Positions 8,567 to 17,107 of a stretch of DNA of 32,403 bases are shown piece after piece. This DNA comes from a virus. Under the pieces are notes generated by a model, which was not told the origin of the DNA, did not search any database, and worked only from the letters and a program-made list of their open reading frames with translations. The stretch spans positions 1 through 32,403 of IMG/VR virus record IMGVR_UViG_3300027798_000005. The stretch is one strand, 5' to 3'. The first letter of the stretch is position 1. Each line of letters begins with the position of its first letter. The position numbers and the translations under genes were made by a program.

Positions 8567-8920
8567 TTAGAACTCCGCTACTCTATCAATAGCATCGCTT
8601 GTCATTTGCCAAGCCTTATTGATTTCATTATAGTTTGGTATTGCATTTGGATTTATACCTAACTCTTTTGCTTTTGCTTCAATATTATTAATCAACTTCA
8701 TTTGTGTATTTAAAACGCTTTTAGCACTATTGCTTTCTGTTTGCATTGCTTTATAAGACGTTTCATAGTTAGTAATTGATTTTTTTACCGATTCAGTAGC
8801 TGCTTGTAAAAGAGTAGTTCCTGCTTTTAAGTCATCAGCTAAAGCCAAATCTACTTTGTGAGATGCTAATTCCGTTTTAGGGAATAATTTACTAAATACT
8901 TGTTTTTCTTGTGGTGTCAT
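8567..8920 (-). CDS. Hypothetical head-module protein, tandem paralogue 2
   Basis: See 8178..8546. The 53-nt 5' identity spans 8868-8920 and 8494-8546. Confidence 0.6.
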   Translation of the reverse strand: MTPQEKQVFSKLFPKTELASHKVDLALADDLKAGTTLLQAATESVKKSITNYETSYKAMQTESNSAKSVLNTQMKLINNIEAKAKELGINPNAIPNYNEINKAWQMTSDAIDRVAEF

Positions 8921-8921
8921 A

Positions 8922-9110
8922 TTATCCGTTTATTCTTGTTATTGTTCTTACTCCGTTATCTTCTGTAATAGTTACGTTATCAACTCCGCTTGTTTTACCA
9001 ATGCCTTGATTTTGTAAATCGCCATTACAACATTCTTTACTATAAGTGTTGTCATCACATAGGCAACCACGCTTACCGCCCTTTGGACTTGTTTTACTTT
9101 TTGTTTTCAT
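8922..9110 (-). CDS. Small Cys-rich basic protein (62 aa)
   Basis: ATG ORF with the motif GCLCDDNTYSKECCNG. It overlaps the upstream gene by 17 nt, and its stop lies 1 nt before the next ATG. Confidence 0.45.
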   Translation of the reverse strand: MKTKSKTSPKGGKRGCLCDDNTYSKECCNGDLQNQGIGKTSGVDNVTITEDNGVRTITRING

Positions 9111-9687
9111 ATTTATTTATTATTTGTTTTATTTGTTCGATAACACTCGGTTGTTTAGATAATTGCTTTTTTTCTTCTAACTTATCAGCAAAGTAACCCT
9201 CTAAAGAAAAACCTTTTACTTTACCCGTTTTTACGTAGTCATTCCAAATGGTATCATCTTCAACTTTTACCGAAGCCATCCACGAACCAACAGGAACTGA
9301 TAAATTATAAATTGCTGACTTATCTTTTGCAGTATCTTCAACAATCCAACTTTCAACAACAGTCAATCCTTTGATTTCTTTTCCGTGTTCTAAAGTCCAA
9401 TTGTTCTGATTACCATTTTTAAAGAATAATTGACTCGCTTTGTTAACGGTATCTTTTGAAAAGTATATGTAGTATTCATCTTCTCCGTTACGTCTGTAAA
9501 TAGGTTTTTCAGGAATTAAAACCGCACCCATTAAAATACGTTTTTCACTACTAACCTCTGCAAGTTTGATTTCTTCTGACTTTAACGCTACGAAATTAGA
9601 TTCGATTGCAGGAGTTGAAACCACTGAAATAGCATCAACACCGCTTAACTCGTCTTTATCGTCTATAATTAATTCGATTAAATTCAT
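9094..9687 (-). CDS. XkdF-like putative prohead serine protease
   Basis: GVDAISVVSTPAIESNF near the N-terminus and a ...VKGFSLEG region resemble the XkdF family pattern. It is the first gene of the head module and is preceded by the late motif. Confidence 0.5.
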   Translation of the reverse strand: MNLIELIIDDKDELSGVDAISVVSTPAIESNFVALKSEEIKLAEVSSEKRILMGAVLIPEKPIYRRNGEDEYYIYFSKDTVNKASQLFFKNGNQNNWTLEHGKEIKGLTVVESWIVEDTAKDKSAIYNLSVPVGSWMASVKVEDDTIWNDYVKTGKVKGFSLEGYFADKLEEKKQLSKQPSVIEQIKQIINKYENKK

Positions 9688-9694
9688 AATTTTA

Positions 9695-9709
9695 TTTATT
9701 TAAAAACAA
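9695..9709 (-). promoter_or_regulatory. Late-gene upstream motif TTGTTTTTAAATAAA (copy c)
   Basis: Exact 15-nt copy, 7 nt upstream of the ATG at 9687. Confidence 0.55.
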
Positions 9710-9772
9710 CAATTAATATTTTTTGTTATATTTGTACTTTCCATTTTAGATTTTTTTAAGTTATTTTTCATT

Positions 9773-9800
9773 AAAGCCACTTACCTGAGAGAGTGGCTTT
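9773..9800 (-). terminator. Hairpin downstream of the tape-measure gene (weak or bidirectional terminator)
   Basis: AAAGCCACT-10 nt-AGTGGCTTT. The T-run is good on the plus strand, while the minus-strand U-tract is only the three stem U's. The hairpin directly follows the stop at 9805. Confidence 0.4.
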
Positions 9801-9804
9801 TTTA

Positions 9805-11832
9805 TTATCCTAAACTTGCGTTATTTACTATATTCCTATCCAAACTTTGTTGAGTAGTTACATTATTTGCTACTACGTAAGCTTGAACAGGTTGCTGATT
9901 TCCTAATGTTTGAGCAATTTGATTTACTCCGCTATTACCTACAACATTGAAACTTGGAGCAGGTGCTTGCGCTCCGCCACCATTTGCAGGTGCTGAACCA
10001 CCACCGCCACCGCCACCTAAAGCAGATAAAGCTTTTACAGTAGATGCTATATTTGCAGCAATTCCTACACCAGCTGAAATATTATTTGCAGTAATATAAG
10101 CAGGTGCAACATAAGGACCTAATTCTAAACCTGCCCTTGCGTTTGCTGCTTGTGTATTAATAATAATTTTAGCAATACCCACAGCACTTTCTGCAACAAT
10201 TAAACCCTTTTGAATTGCTTTATTTTTTTCAAATATTCCTTTTAAAACTCCAATACCTGCAATAGTAGAATCAATGTTTTGATTTTGTAAGGCTAACTTT
10301 TGGTCTGCAACTGCTTTGTCTATTGCTATTTGTTCATCAGCAGTTTTTTTAGCATCTTCTTTTTTCTTTTCATCAGCTGCTTTTTGATTTTCATCATCTT
10401 TTACTTTAGCTTCACCCTCTAAAATTTTATATTTTTCTTCAATTGCTAAACGTGCTTTTGCTTTTTCTTCTGCTGATAATTTAACCGCATCAAGTTCGGC
10501 TAAATCCCTTGATTTTTGAAGTGCTACTTTTTGAGTTTCGGATTTAGCTTTTAAATCTTCAATTGCTTTTAAATTGTTTTCTTCAATTTGCTTAACTGCA
10601 TCTTTTTGCTTTTTTAATTCTTCAAGTTCTTTTTGTTTATCTTCGGCAGCTTTTTTATTCTTTTCATCTTGTTTTGCTTTTGAATCTTCCGACGCTTTTT
10701 GGTCAATAGCTTTTAAAGATAGTTGCAATCCTGCTCTATCATTCTTTAATTTTTCTAAACCTTTTTTAGCTTCTTTCTGAACCTCATCTGCTTTTTTTCT
10801 TTCCGTTTCAGGGTCAAAAATTAAACTCGCACCCTTATCAATTAAATCAGTAAAACCTTTAGCAAGTCCAAAATCTTGTCCTAATGCTTTACCTACTGCA
10901 TCAACTCCTTCTAATAATAATGTTAAAGGTGTTTGTATAAATTTAATAATACCAGTTAATATATCTTTATTTCTTTGCGAAGCTGCTATTTGCGCTTTTG
11001 CTGTAATTTCATTTTGAGCAATTTGCGTTTCAGTTGCTTTTATTACTTGGTCTGTTTGAGCAATCTTTATTTTTAAAATATCCTTTTCAGATTTACCTTG
11101 TAACTTTAAAATATTTTCTTGCCCACCTATTGCGTCAAGTTTGCCTTGTTCAGCTGTTAAATTTGTAGCAGCTAATTCGTTTAGTTTTTCTTGTTCACTA
11201 CTTACGCCACTAACAGCACTTTTAATATCATCCCAATAAGCAACAACAGCACCTAAAGCTAAAACTAAAAGACCAATACCTGTTGCTGCTATTCCTGTTC
11301 TAATTCCCGCAAGCGCTACTTTAGCTGAAACACCCAAAGCCCTAAATGCTACCATTCCCTCACGAACACCACGAACGCCCTCGGCAAGTGCCATAGCTCC
11401 CTGAACTTTTAAAATAGCTTTTTCAAGTTCCTCACTTTGTCCGCCTGTTAAAGCCATTGCACCTTGAACACCTGCAAAAGCCGAAGTAGCACCTTGTAAA
11501 GCTCCGCCTAACTTTGTGTCAAATGTAGTAGCCGCTGCATCAACAACCATATCGGTCTGCATTTGCACACGTCTATAATTACCAACAGACGCAAGTAAAT
11601 CTTTATACTCTTGACTTGCTGACTGACCTGCTAAAGCTAATTCGTAAAGTCTGTCCTCCGCTTCACCCATTCGAGCTGTAAGCGGTTTTAAATCCCCGTA
11701 AACTTCCTCAAAAGATGCATCTACACTTTTAACGGAATTATCTACTTTCTTTAGTGCCTTATCTAAATTATCTAAACCGCCTACGGCTTGGAGCGTATTA
11801 ACATCAATTTCTATCGTTTTTGTAATTGCCAT
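9805..11832 (-). CDS. Tape measure protein
   Basis: 675 aa with long Lys/Glu/Ala coiled coils, an internal hydrophobic segment (GIAATGIGLLVLALGAVVAYW) and a Gly-rich C-terminus (GGGGGGSAPANGGG). Confidence 0.65.
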   Translation of the reverse strand: MAITKTIEIDVNTLQAVGGLDNLDKALKKVDNSVKSVDASFEEVYGDLKPLTARMGEAEDRLYELALAGQSASQEYKDLLASVGNYRRVQMQTDMVVDAAATTFDTKLGGALQGATSAFAGVQGAMALTGGQSEELEKAILKVQGAMALAEGVRGVREGMVAFRALGVSAKVALAGIRTGIAATGIGLLVLALGAVVAYWDDIKSAVSGVSSEQEKLNELAATNLTAEQGKLDAIGGQENILKLQGKSEKDILKIKIAQTDQVIKATETQIAQNEITAKAQIAASQRNKDILTGIIKFIQTPLTLLLEGVDAVGKALGQDFGLAKGFTDLIDKGASLIFDPETERKKADEVQKEAKKGLEKLKNDRAGLQLSLKAIDQKASEDSKAKQDEKNKKAAEDKQKELEELKKQKDAVKQIEENNLKAIEDLKAKSETQKVALQKSRDLAELDAVKLSAEEKAKARLAIEEKYKILEGEAKVKDDENQKAADEKKKEDAKKTADEQIAIDKAVADQKLALQNQNIDSTIAGIGVLKGIFEKNKAIQKGLIVAESAVGIAKIIINTQAANARAGLELGPYVAPAYITANNISAGVGIAANIASTVKALSALGGGGGGGSAPANGGGAQAPAPSFNVVGNSGVNQIAQTLGNQQPVQAYVVANNVTTQQSLDRNIVNNASLG

Positions 11833-11933
11833 TTTACTTGGTTTTTAAATTCTTGTAGGTTACTTGGTATTTTATATTTTCCTTTTGCGATGTCGACCGC
11901 TTCACTTGTTCCCAACTTTTGGAATTCAAGCAT
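11811..11933 (-). CDS. Possible small ORF (40 aa)
   Basis: Hand-translated as MLEFQKLGTSEAVDIAKGKYKIPSNLQEFKNQVKWQLQKR. It fills the 114-nt gap upstream of the tape-measure gene and overlaps that gene's start. Confidence 0.3.
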   Translation of the reverse strand: MLEFQKLGTSEAVDIAKGKYKIPSNLQEFKNQVKWQLQKR

Positions 11934-11946
11934 TTCAATAATTATT

Positions 11947-14193
11947 TTAAGCATTTTGTATAATTGGTATTTCGATGTCGTTTATTGTTCCTGTTTCGTC
12001 TTGCCACTTTCCAGTAATATATCCTATCCTTTCAGCTCCTGTTGTGTTTTGTGATATATCCACTCGTATTGTTGTGTCATTATCGTAATCAGTAGCTATG
12101 TAATCAATCCACCCATAAAGCGACGCTTGTAATGATATTACAGGACTTACATTACGCAATAATAAAACTTCAATAGTTTGCTCCGTATTATCAACTTCAT
12201 AAAAAGGTTCAAAAGCAAATCTGTTTCCAATCGGAACTTCGCCACTTCGATAGTCCGTAAGCAATTCTAAAGTAGTTTCGCCACTTGTTAAATCAGTTGT
12301 TAGCTTGTTTATAGTATATCTTTTATCTCTTATTATAATTCTGTCATTTAATTTAATATCAATTAACTGAACAGGATTAAAATAGCATTTTACAATAACT
12401 AATCTACTTTTGATATTGAAGATATTACCTAAATAATTTTCGTAGTGTCGTTTGTAAAGTCCGTTTGAAACGTTTGATAAAAACCACGTGCTTATTTCTT
12501 CTCCCCAATTTAAAGTAAGAATAGTTCCGTTGTCGTAATCATTTGAGAATCTTCTGTATTGAGTTATAATTTGATGACCGCCCGTAAGTAAATCAATTCT
12601 AATAGTTGGACTTACCGTTTGCGTTCCGTTATCGTACATCAATAATGGTTTTGGTACGTAATTATTTAGATCACTCTTTTTAAAAGTAAGTGTTTGAAAG
12701 TTACTATTTGATTTACGTTCATACATTGCATTTTCAAAAGGTAACTCTACGCTGAAAGTTGAACTCTCTAAACTATCAATTTGCTCATAAGACAAATCCC
12801 CATAAGAGAAGTTTCGAGTCGACAAAAACAATTCATCAAATTTAGTATTTAATATATTTTCAGATTTTTGGTATTTGAAATTTATATTTTTATACATTGA
12901 TGTTTTCTTTAACTCAATTTCATCTGATATTACATTTGCACTTATATCATTATAACGCCCATCGTTGTAATATAATTCTAAAGGTATTAACTCGTAAGTT
13001 GTTTCATCTTGCGGAATAATTACAAGGTTAAACATTTTGATAAGTCCCGTAATTAAATCAATTAGTTTTAAGTCAGGTGCATAAGATCCAATGTCGATAG
13101 TTGCTCCTATTGTTTGACTTGTACCACTTGCTGTATAACTTACTGCACTACTTCCTATTCCACGAGTATAAGTTAATAAACTTGTAAAAGAAAAACCCGC
13201 TTGCCCTTGAATCGCTAAAGTAAATTTGTCAGTTACGTTTTGAGTAGTTAAAACGTGACTAATAAACAAGTCATTACTATTACCTATAACACCCGCATAA
13301 GTTCCGTGTAACGCTCCATTCTTATAAATTAATATATCATAAGGCTGAGTGCTTGCGGTTGTAATTTGAAGTCTTACTTGTCTAAATCCTGTACCTTGAA
13401 AACCTATTTCATCAGTAGTCAAATTTACTTCCGTATCTGTTAAAGCAGGATTTTTAGAAGTAAAATTCACTTTTAAAGGTGTTAACTTTTGGCTAAAACT
13501 TTCAGTGTTTTTAAACAACATCCATAACTTACTGAATTGCGGATAATCTAAAAAAGCACCCGTAAAATTCAAGTCGTAAGTGTCCGAAATTTTATCTAAA
13601 ATAAAAGACAAAGGAATTGCAGGAAATAAACTATTCCATTTTATAGACCCCGCATTAATTGTAATGTCATTACTTCCGCCTGTATTGTAATCATATATTC
13701 TATCATTCGCAAATAACGGATAAGATACATTACCCGTTGATGTTGTAATTCTGCTAATTACTTCCGTACTTGTATAAGTGTGATTTAAACTACTAAAATC
13801 TAAATTTGCTAACTTATCCTCTTTTAAAATATCTTTTATGTTTTTAGCCTTACCATAAAATACAATTGAATAAGCGTCTAACATTCCGTTTTTATACTTC
13901 ACATCGTTTAACGCAAATGCACCCTCTCTAAAAGTACGTGTATCAATTTCAATATATCCGTTGTATTTTACTCTATGGTCAAAACCACCATCTATACTAC
14001 TTTCGTACCAATGTTTAAATATTTCGTTATTAATTGTACTTGCTGGAATAGTGAAACTTTGTGTAAAATCTGTTTTAGCTTTTGATACGTCAGAAATATC
14101 TTGAACAGATGAAGTTACTGAAATCTTTTCATCTTCAAATAATTCAATGCGTTTCGATATTCCATCAACTTTTATATAAAGTGCTACTATCAT
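11947..14193 (-). CDS. Large tail / baseplate structural protein
   Basis: 748-aa beta-rich ORF translationally coupled (ATGA overlap) to the preceding tail gene. Its N-terminus resembles distal-tail/hub-type proteins. Function is inferred from position. Confidence 0.45.
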   Translation of the reverse strand: MIVALYIKVDGISKRIELFEDEKISVTSSVQDISDVSKAKTDFTQSFTIPASTINNEIFKHWYESSIDGGFDHRVKYNGYIEIDTRTFREGAFALNDVKYKNGMLDAYSIVFYGKAKNIKDILKEDKLANLDFSSLNHTYTSTEVISRITTSTGNVSYPLFANDRIYDYNTGGSNDITINAGSIKWNSLFPAIPLSFILDKISDTYDLNFTGAFLDYPQFSKLWMLFKNTESFSQKLTPLKVNFTSKNPALTDTEVNLTTDEIGFQGTGFRQVRLQITTASTQPYDILIYKNGALHGTYAGVIGNSNDLFISHVLTTQNVTDKFTLAIQGQAGFSFTSLLTYTRGIGSSAVSYTASGTSQTIGATIDIGSYAPDLKLIDLITGLIKMFNLVIIPQDETTYELIPLELYYNDGRYNDISANVISDEIELKKTSMYKNINFKYQKSENILNTKFDELFLSTRNFSYGDLSYEQIDSLESSTFSVELPFENAMYERKSNSNFQTLTFKKSDLNNYVPKPLLMYDNGTQTVSPTIRIDLLTGGHQIITQYRRFSNDYDNGTILTLNWGEEISTWFLSNVSNGLYKRHYENYLGNIFNIKSRLVIVKCYFNPVQLIDIKLNDRIIIRDKRYTINKLTTDLTSGETTLELLTDYRSGEVPIGNRFAFEPFYEVDNTEQTIEVLLLRNVSPVISLQASLYGWIDYIATDYDNDTTIRVDISQNTTGAERIGYITGKWQDETGTINDIEIPIIQNA

Positions 14194-15221
14194 ATCACAT
14201 CGTTTATTAGTCCGTAGTTGTATTCAAACTCAACCTCGTAGTTAATATTCTTATCTTTTAAATGCGTTTTAATATCCGCACTTTGACTTTTTACTATTGC
14301 GGGTTTATTATCTAATAAAACAACTTGACTTAAAAGTAAATCCTGAATTAACTCGCTGTAATTTTCATCCACCCAGCCTGTGTTACATTTTATCTTTTGT
14401 GTGCCTTGAAAATTAAAACGTTGTTTCTGACCTTGTAAGACATTATAATTTATTGAACTTGGCAATAGGTTATAATCTTTTGAAGTAACGTCTATGCCTT
14501 GCTGATTAGCTTTAAAGAAAGTAAGATACTGCCAACCTCCAAAACGATTAATAAAAGTGCAAATTATTGGAGTATAAATTGGCTCGCATAATTGTTCAAA
14601 AAAAACGTTCTTTCTTACATCTTCTTGAATTATTCGTAATTCAGTTGTATTAGTTTTTATAGGTATTTTAAACATACTTGCATCTTCTTCAGATGATACT
14701 ATTACTGAAGAATCTATTAAAGTACTTCCGTTATACCATTCAACTATTGTATCAAATTCTACTGGGTCTGGTTCAATCCATACGTTTAAATAATATCCGC
14801 TTATTGTATTGTAATATATTTTTTGATTTCCACTTAAACCTATAACTGTATCTTCATTTATTTGATTGTAGCCACTAGAATATTGAGTGTACCCATTCAA
14901 ACAAACAAAAGTTTCATCATCTAATTCAACATCATCTGAATATCGTACTACTTTCATATAGCACCATGTATTTACACTTTCTTCTGTTGGTTCAGTAGGT
15001 ACAACTGGCGCAATTGGTTTAATAAATTCAATTGCAAAGTTTGAAACATTCCACGCTATATCCGTTTGAGTTGGGCTCGGTACAGATTTCGTTAATGTAT
15101 AGTTTGGAGTTGTTGGTTCGGTTGTTCCTTTATTCCATAAAAAAACCTCAATCTTTGCAGAAGTTTGACCGACCTCGTTAACCTCAATAAAATACGGACT
15201 TCTAATAAATATCTTTTTCAT
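14190..15221 (-). CDS. Tail structural protein
   Basis: 343-aa ORF in the tail module with 4-nt overlaps to both neighbours. Confidence 0.4.
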   Translation of the reverse strand: MKKIFIRSPYFIEVNEVGQTSAKIEVFLWNKGTTEPTTPNYTLTKSVPSPTQTDIAWNVSNFAIEFIKPIAPVVPTEPTEESVNTWCYMKVVRYSDDVELDDETFVCLNGYTQYSSGYNQINEDTVIGLSGNQKIYYNTISGYYLNVWIEPDPVEFDTIVEWYNGSTLIDSSVIVSSEEDASMFKIPIKTNTTELRIIQEDVRKNVFFEQLCEPIYTPIICTFINRFGGWQYLTFFKANQQGIDVTSKDYNLLPSSINYNVLQGQKQRFNFQGTQKIKCNTGWVDENYSELIQDLLLSQVVLLDNKPAIVKSQSADIKTHLKDKNINYEVEFEYNYGLINDVI

Positions 15222-15751
15222 TTCTTATTAATTGTATATTGTAAAAATTGTTCAACGTCTAAACCATACGCTTCAACTAATTCATCTGGCAAACGTTCAA
15301 ATGCTTTCTCAAATGGTTTTGTAAAAAATAAACTCGGTTTAATACCTTTGTTATAAACACTTCTTGTAATTAAAAAAGAAGTAGATTGATAGCTTAAAAA
15401 TTTACCTGTTTTTCTATCTTTAAATTGTATTCTTTTTTGTCTAACCCATTTTGAAATACCTTGAGTTAGTCCGCCTTTTTTACCTGTACCACTTCCAAAC
15501 TTAAATGGGCTGTTAGGTGCTTTTGTTGAGCTTGTTTTTCCTTGAACTCCCTTATCTTGATACGCTCCGTAATCTTCCATCAAAAAAGCCATTCGAAAAC
15601 TATTCGCACCTACTTCAATTTCTTTATCTAAAGAGTTGTAAAGTTTCTTATCAACGTTTTTATTACCCTTTGTTAAATTGCTCCTACTTTGTTGGATCAC
15701 ATATTTAGCAAATGCGTTTAAATATTCCTTTGTATTTTTATTGTCTAACAT
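15218..15751 (-). CDS. HK97 gp10-like tail-completion / head-tail joining protein
   Basis: The DYGAYQDKGVQGK...KPSLFFTKPFEKA pattern resembles the gp10 family (..FGT....PF..PA..). Confidence 0.4.
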   Translation of the reverse strand: MLDNKNTKEYLNAFAKYVIQQSRSNLTKGNKNVDKKLYNSLDKEIEVGANSFRMAFLMEDYGAYQDKGVQGKTSSTKAPNSPFKFGSGTGKKGGLTQGISKWVRQKRIQFKDRKTGKFLSYQSTSFLITRSVYNKGIKPSLFFTKPFEKAFERLPDELVEAYGLDVEQFLQYTINKK

Positions 15752-16167
15752 ATTGTCATATCATTACGAACTAATACATCAAATGTAACAGCCCAACCTG
15801 CTAAATCATTTTCAAATCTTTCTGTAAATGGGTCAAAACTTGGTGAACCTGTCAACTCCCAGAAGTCTGAACGTAAATCCCCACGATTTAACCTATCTAA
15901 AAAACGAACTCCAACAGCCAATTGAGTATTCCAAATATCAACCTTATTACTTTCATCTTTTTGATTAAGTAAATCCATTAAAAGAATAGTAACATTAAAT
16001 TGTATTACGTTCCCTTGATGCGTTGCTGAATTAATCATAATATGCGACAAAGGAAACAAAGTCCTTTTAGCCAAATCAACTTCGAAAATGTCGCCTTCTG
16101 TAACTGTATTTACAAAAGGTTCATCAAGTAACGCTTCTTTTATTTTATTTATTAAACTATACACCAT
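15745..16167 (-). CDS. Hypothetical tail/connector protein (140 aa)
   Basis: ATG ORF overlapping both neighbours within the tail module. Confidence 0.4.
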   Translation of the reverse strand: MVYSLINKIKEALLDEPFVNTVTEGDIFEVDLAKRTLFPLSHIMINSATHQGNVIQFNVTILLMDLLNQKDESNKVDIWNTQLAVGVRFLDRLNRGDLRSDFWELTGSPSFDPFTERFENDLAGWAVTFDVLVRNDMTIC

Positions 16168-16411
16168 TTCTTTTTAAATTTTTTATTTCTATTTCTGTTT
16201 TTTCCTTTTCAAAACTTAACCACATCATTAATTGTGTGATGGGAATCCTTGTAACGGCATCAAATTTGAGTACATCTCCTTGAGCTGCTGCATAGAGTGA
16301 CTGATACCAACCCCATTTTTTTCCAAAATGTTCTTCGCTTGTTCCGATTGTTCCACTTCGCTCTGTATAAAGTCCGCTAAACCGTTCACGCAATCGTTGA
16401 GCAAAGTCGAA
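16157..16411 (-). CDS. -1 frame extension, giving a predicted 248-aa frameshift fusion with 16228..16902
   Basis: The -1 frame is open from the U9 run to the stop at 16157 (FDFAQRLRERFSGLYTERSG...). The track's M at 16393 is a TTG, so an independent gene is unlikely. Confidence 0.45.
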   Translation of the reverse strand, partial: FDFAQRLRERFSGLYTERSGTIGTSEEHFGKKWGWYQSLYAAAQGDVLKFDAVTRIPITQLMMWLSFEKEKTEIEIKNLKRNGV

Positions 16412-16902
16412 AAAAAAAGCATGGACCCAAGTGCAACATCTAAAGGCATATACTTTAAAACCTCTGCCATATCTTGTGAATCTTTACTATATTCTTCAAT
16501 AGTGTACAAAGACTTTGTTTTGTTTTTAATCGGTCTGTAAAGAACCGCCATAGCTTTATGTAGTGTTTGCGTGTCGCTTAAATAACTTTCCAAATCAATA
16601 TACTCACCAGAAGTAATATCTTCTAATTTAGGTATGAATCCAAACTCATAAACTCCTAATTTAAATGTATTTGTTAGTTTAGGCTTTTGTTGTAATAGGT
16701 TATTGATATGCGTTAATATTTCGCTTACTTCTGCTATTCTTATTCTCGCAACATCTTTTAATTCAATGTTACAAAATATTTCTATTGTCTTTTGATTAAC
16801 GAAGTCGCTCGGCTCGTTATTTGAAATTAACTTTTCAAATCTTTGATATTGATAAAGAGTAATTTCGTTTAGTGTTTCAGGTATCGTAATATTTATTTTC
16901 AT
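16228..16902 (-). CDS. Tail assembly chaperone-like protein (zero-frame product, 224 aa)
   Basis: It is preceded by the late motif, contains an in-frame U_UUU_UUU slippery run, and an open -1 frame overlaps its 3' end, as in G/GT-type chaperones. Confidence 0.45.
   Translation of the reverse strand: MKINITIPETLNEITLYQYQRFEKLISNNEPSDFVNQKTIEIFCNIELKDVARIRIAEVSEILTHINNLLQQKPKLTNTFKLGVYEFGFIPKLEDITSGEYIDLESYLSDTQTLHKAMAVLYRPIKNKTKSLYTIEEYSKDSQDMAEVLKYMPLDVALGSMLFFSTLLNDCVNGLADFIQSEVEQSEQAKNILEKNGVGISHSMQQLKEMYSNLMPLQGFPSHN
16410..16418 (-). promoter_or_regulatory. Slippery homopolymer (U9 on the mRNA), candidate -1 programmed frameshift site
   Basis: The codons read CUU UUU UUU UCG in the zero frame (L162 F163 F164 S165), which fits the X_XXY_YYZ heptamer. 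Confidence 0.45.
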
Positions 16903-16907
16903 ATTCT

Positions 16908-16922
16908 TTTATTTAAAAACAA
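16908..16922 (-). promoter_or_regulatory. Late-gene upstream motif TTGTTTTTAAATAAA (copy d)
   Basis: Exact 15-nt copy, 5 nt upstream of the ATG at 16902 and just downstream of a terminator. Confidence 0.55.
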
Positions 16923-16944
16923 GGTTTTAACAATTTTGTATAAA

Positions 16945-16970
16945 GTAAAAAGCAATCCGTTAAGATTGCC
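16945..16970 (-). terminator. Rho-independent terminator
   Basis: The minus-strand RNA reads GCAAUC-UUAACG-GAUUGC followed by UUUUU. It has the same loop as the terminator at 24472-24500. Confidence 0.65.
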
Positions 16971-17088
16971 CTGTTGCTGTTTGATATGCTTGAACTAATT
17001 TTTTTATTTCGCCCACGTTTCTGGGTAGGTTAATTTTAATTTGTCTACCTGTTTTTTTGAGTAGATATATTTCAACTACTGCTATCAT
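16960..17088 (-). CDS. Possible small ORF (42 aa)
   Basis: Hand-translated as MIAVVEIYLLKKTGRQIKINLPRNVGEIKKLVQAYQTATGQS. It starts 19 nt after the TerL stop, and its own stop lies in the terminator loop. Confidence 0.35.
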   Translation of the reverse strand: MIAVVEIYLLKKTGRQIKINLPRNVGEIKKLVQAYQTATGQS

Positions 17089-17107
17089 TTGTCCGTATGT
17101 TGGTTGA

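Noticed and set aside
9990-10025. Local GC-rich island (ccaccaccgccaccgccacc) in the tape-measure gene as a possible foreign insert or repeat
   Set aside because: It simply encodes the Gly-rich run (GGGGGGS) at the C-terminus of the protein. There is no flanking repeat or frame disruption.
16157-16393. 78-aa ORF from the track considered as an independent gene
   Set aside because: Its first codon is a TTG. It lies entirely in the -1 frame overlapping the 3' end of 16228..16902, and that frame is open upstream to a U9 slippery run. I interpret it as a frameshift extension or a homopolymer-error artefact.
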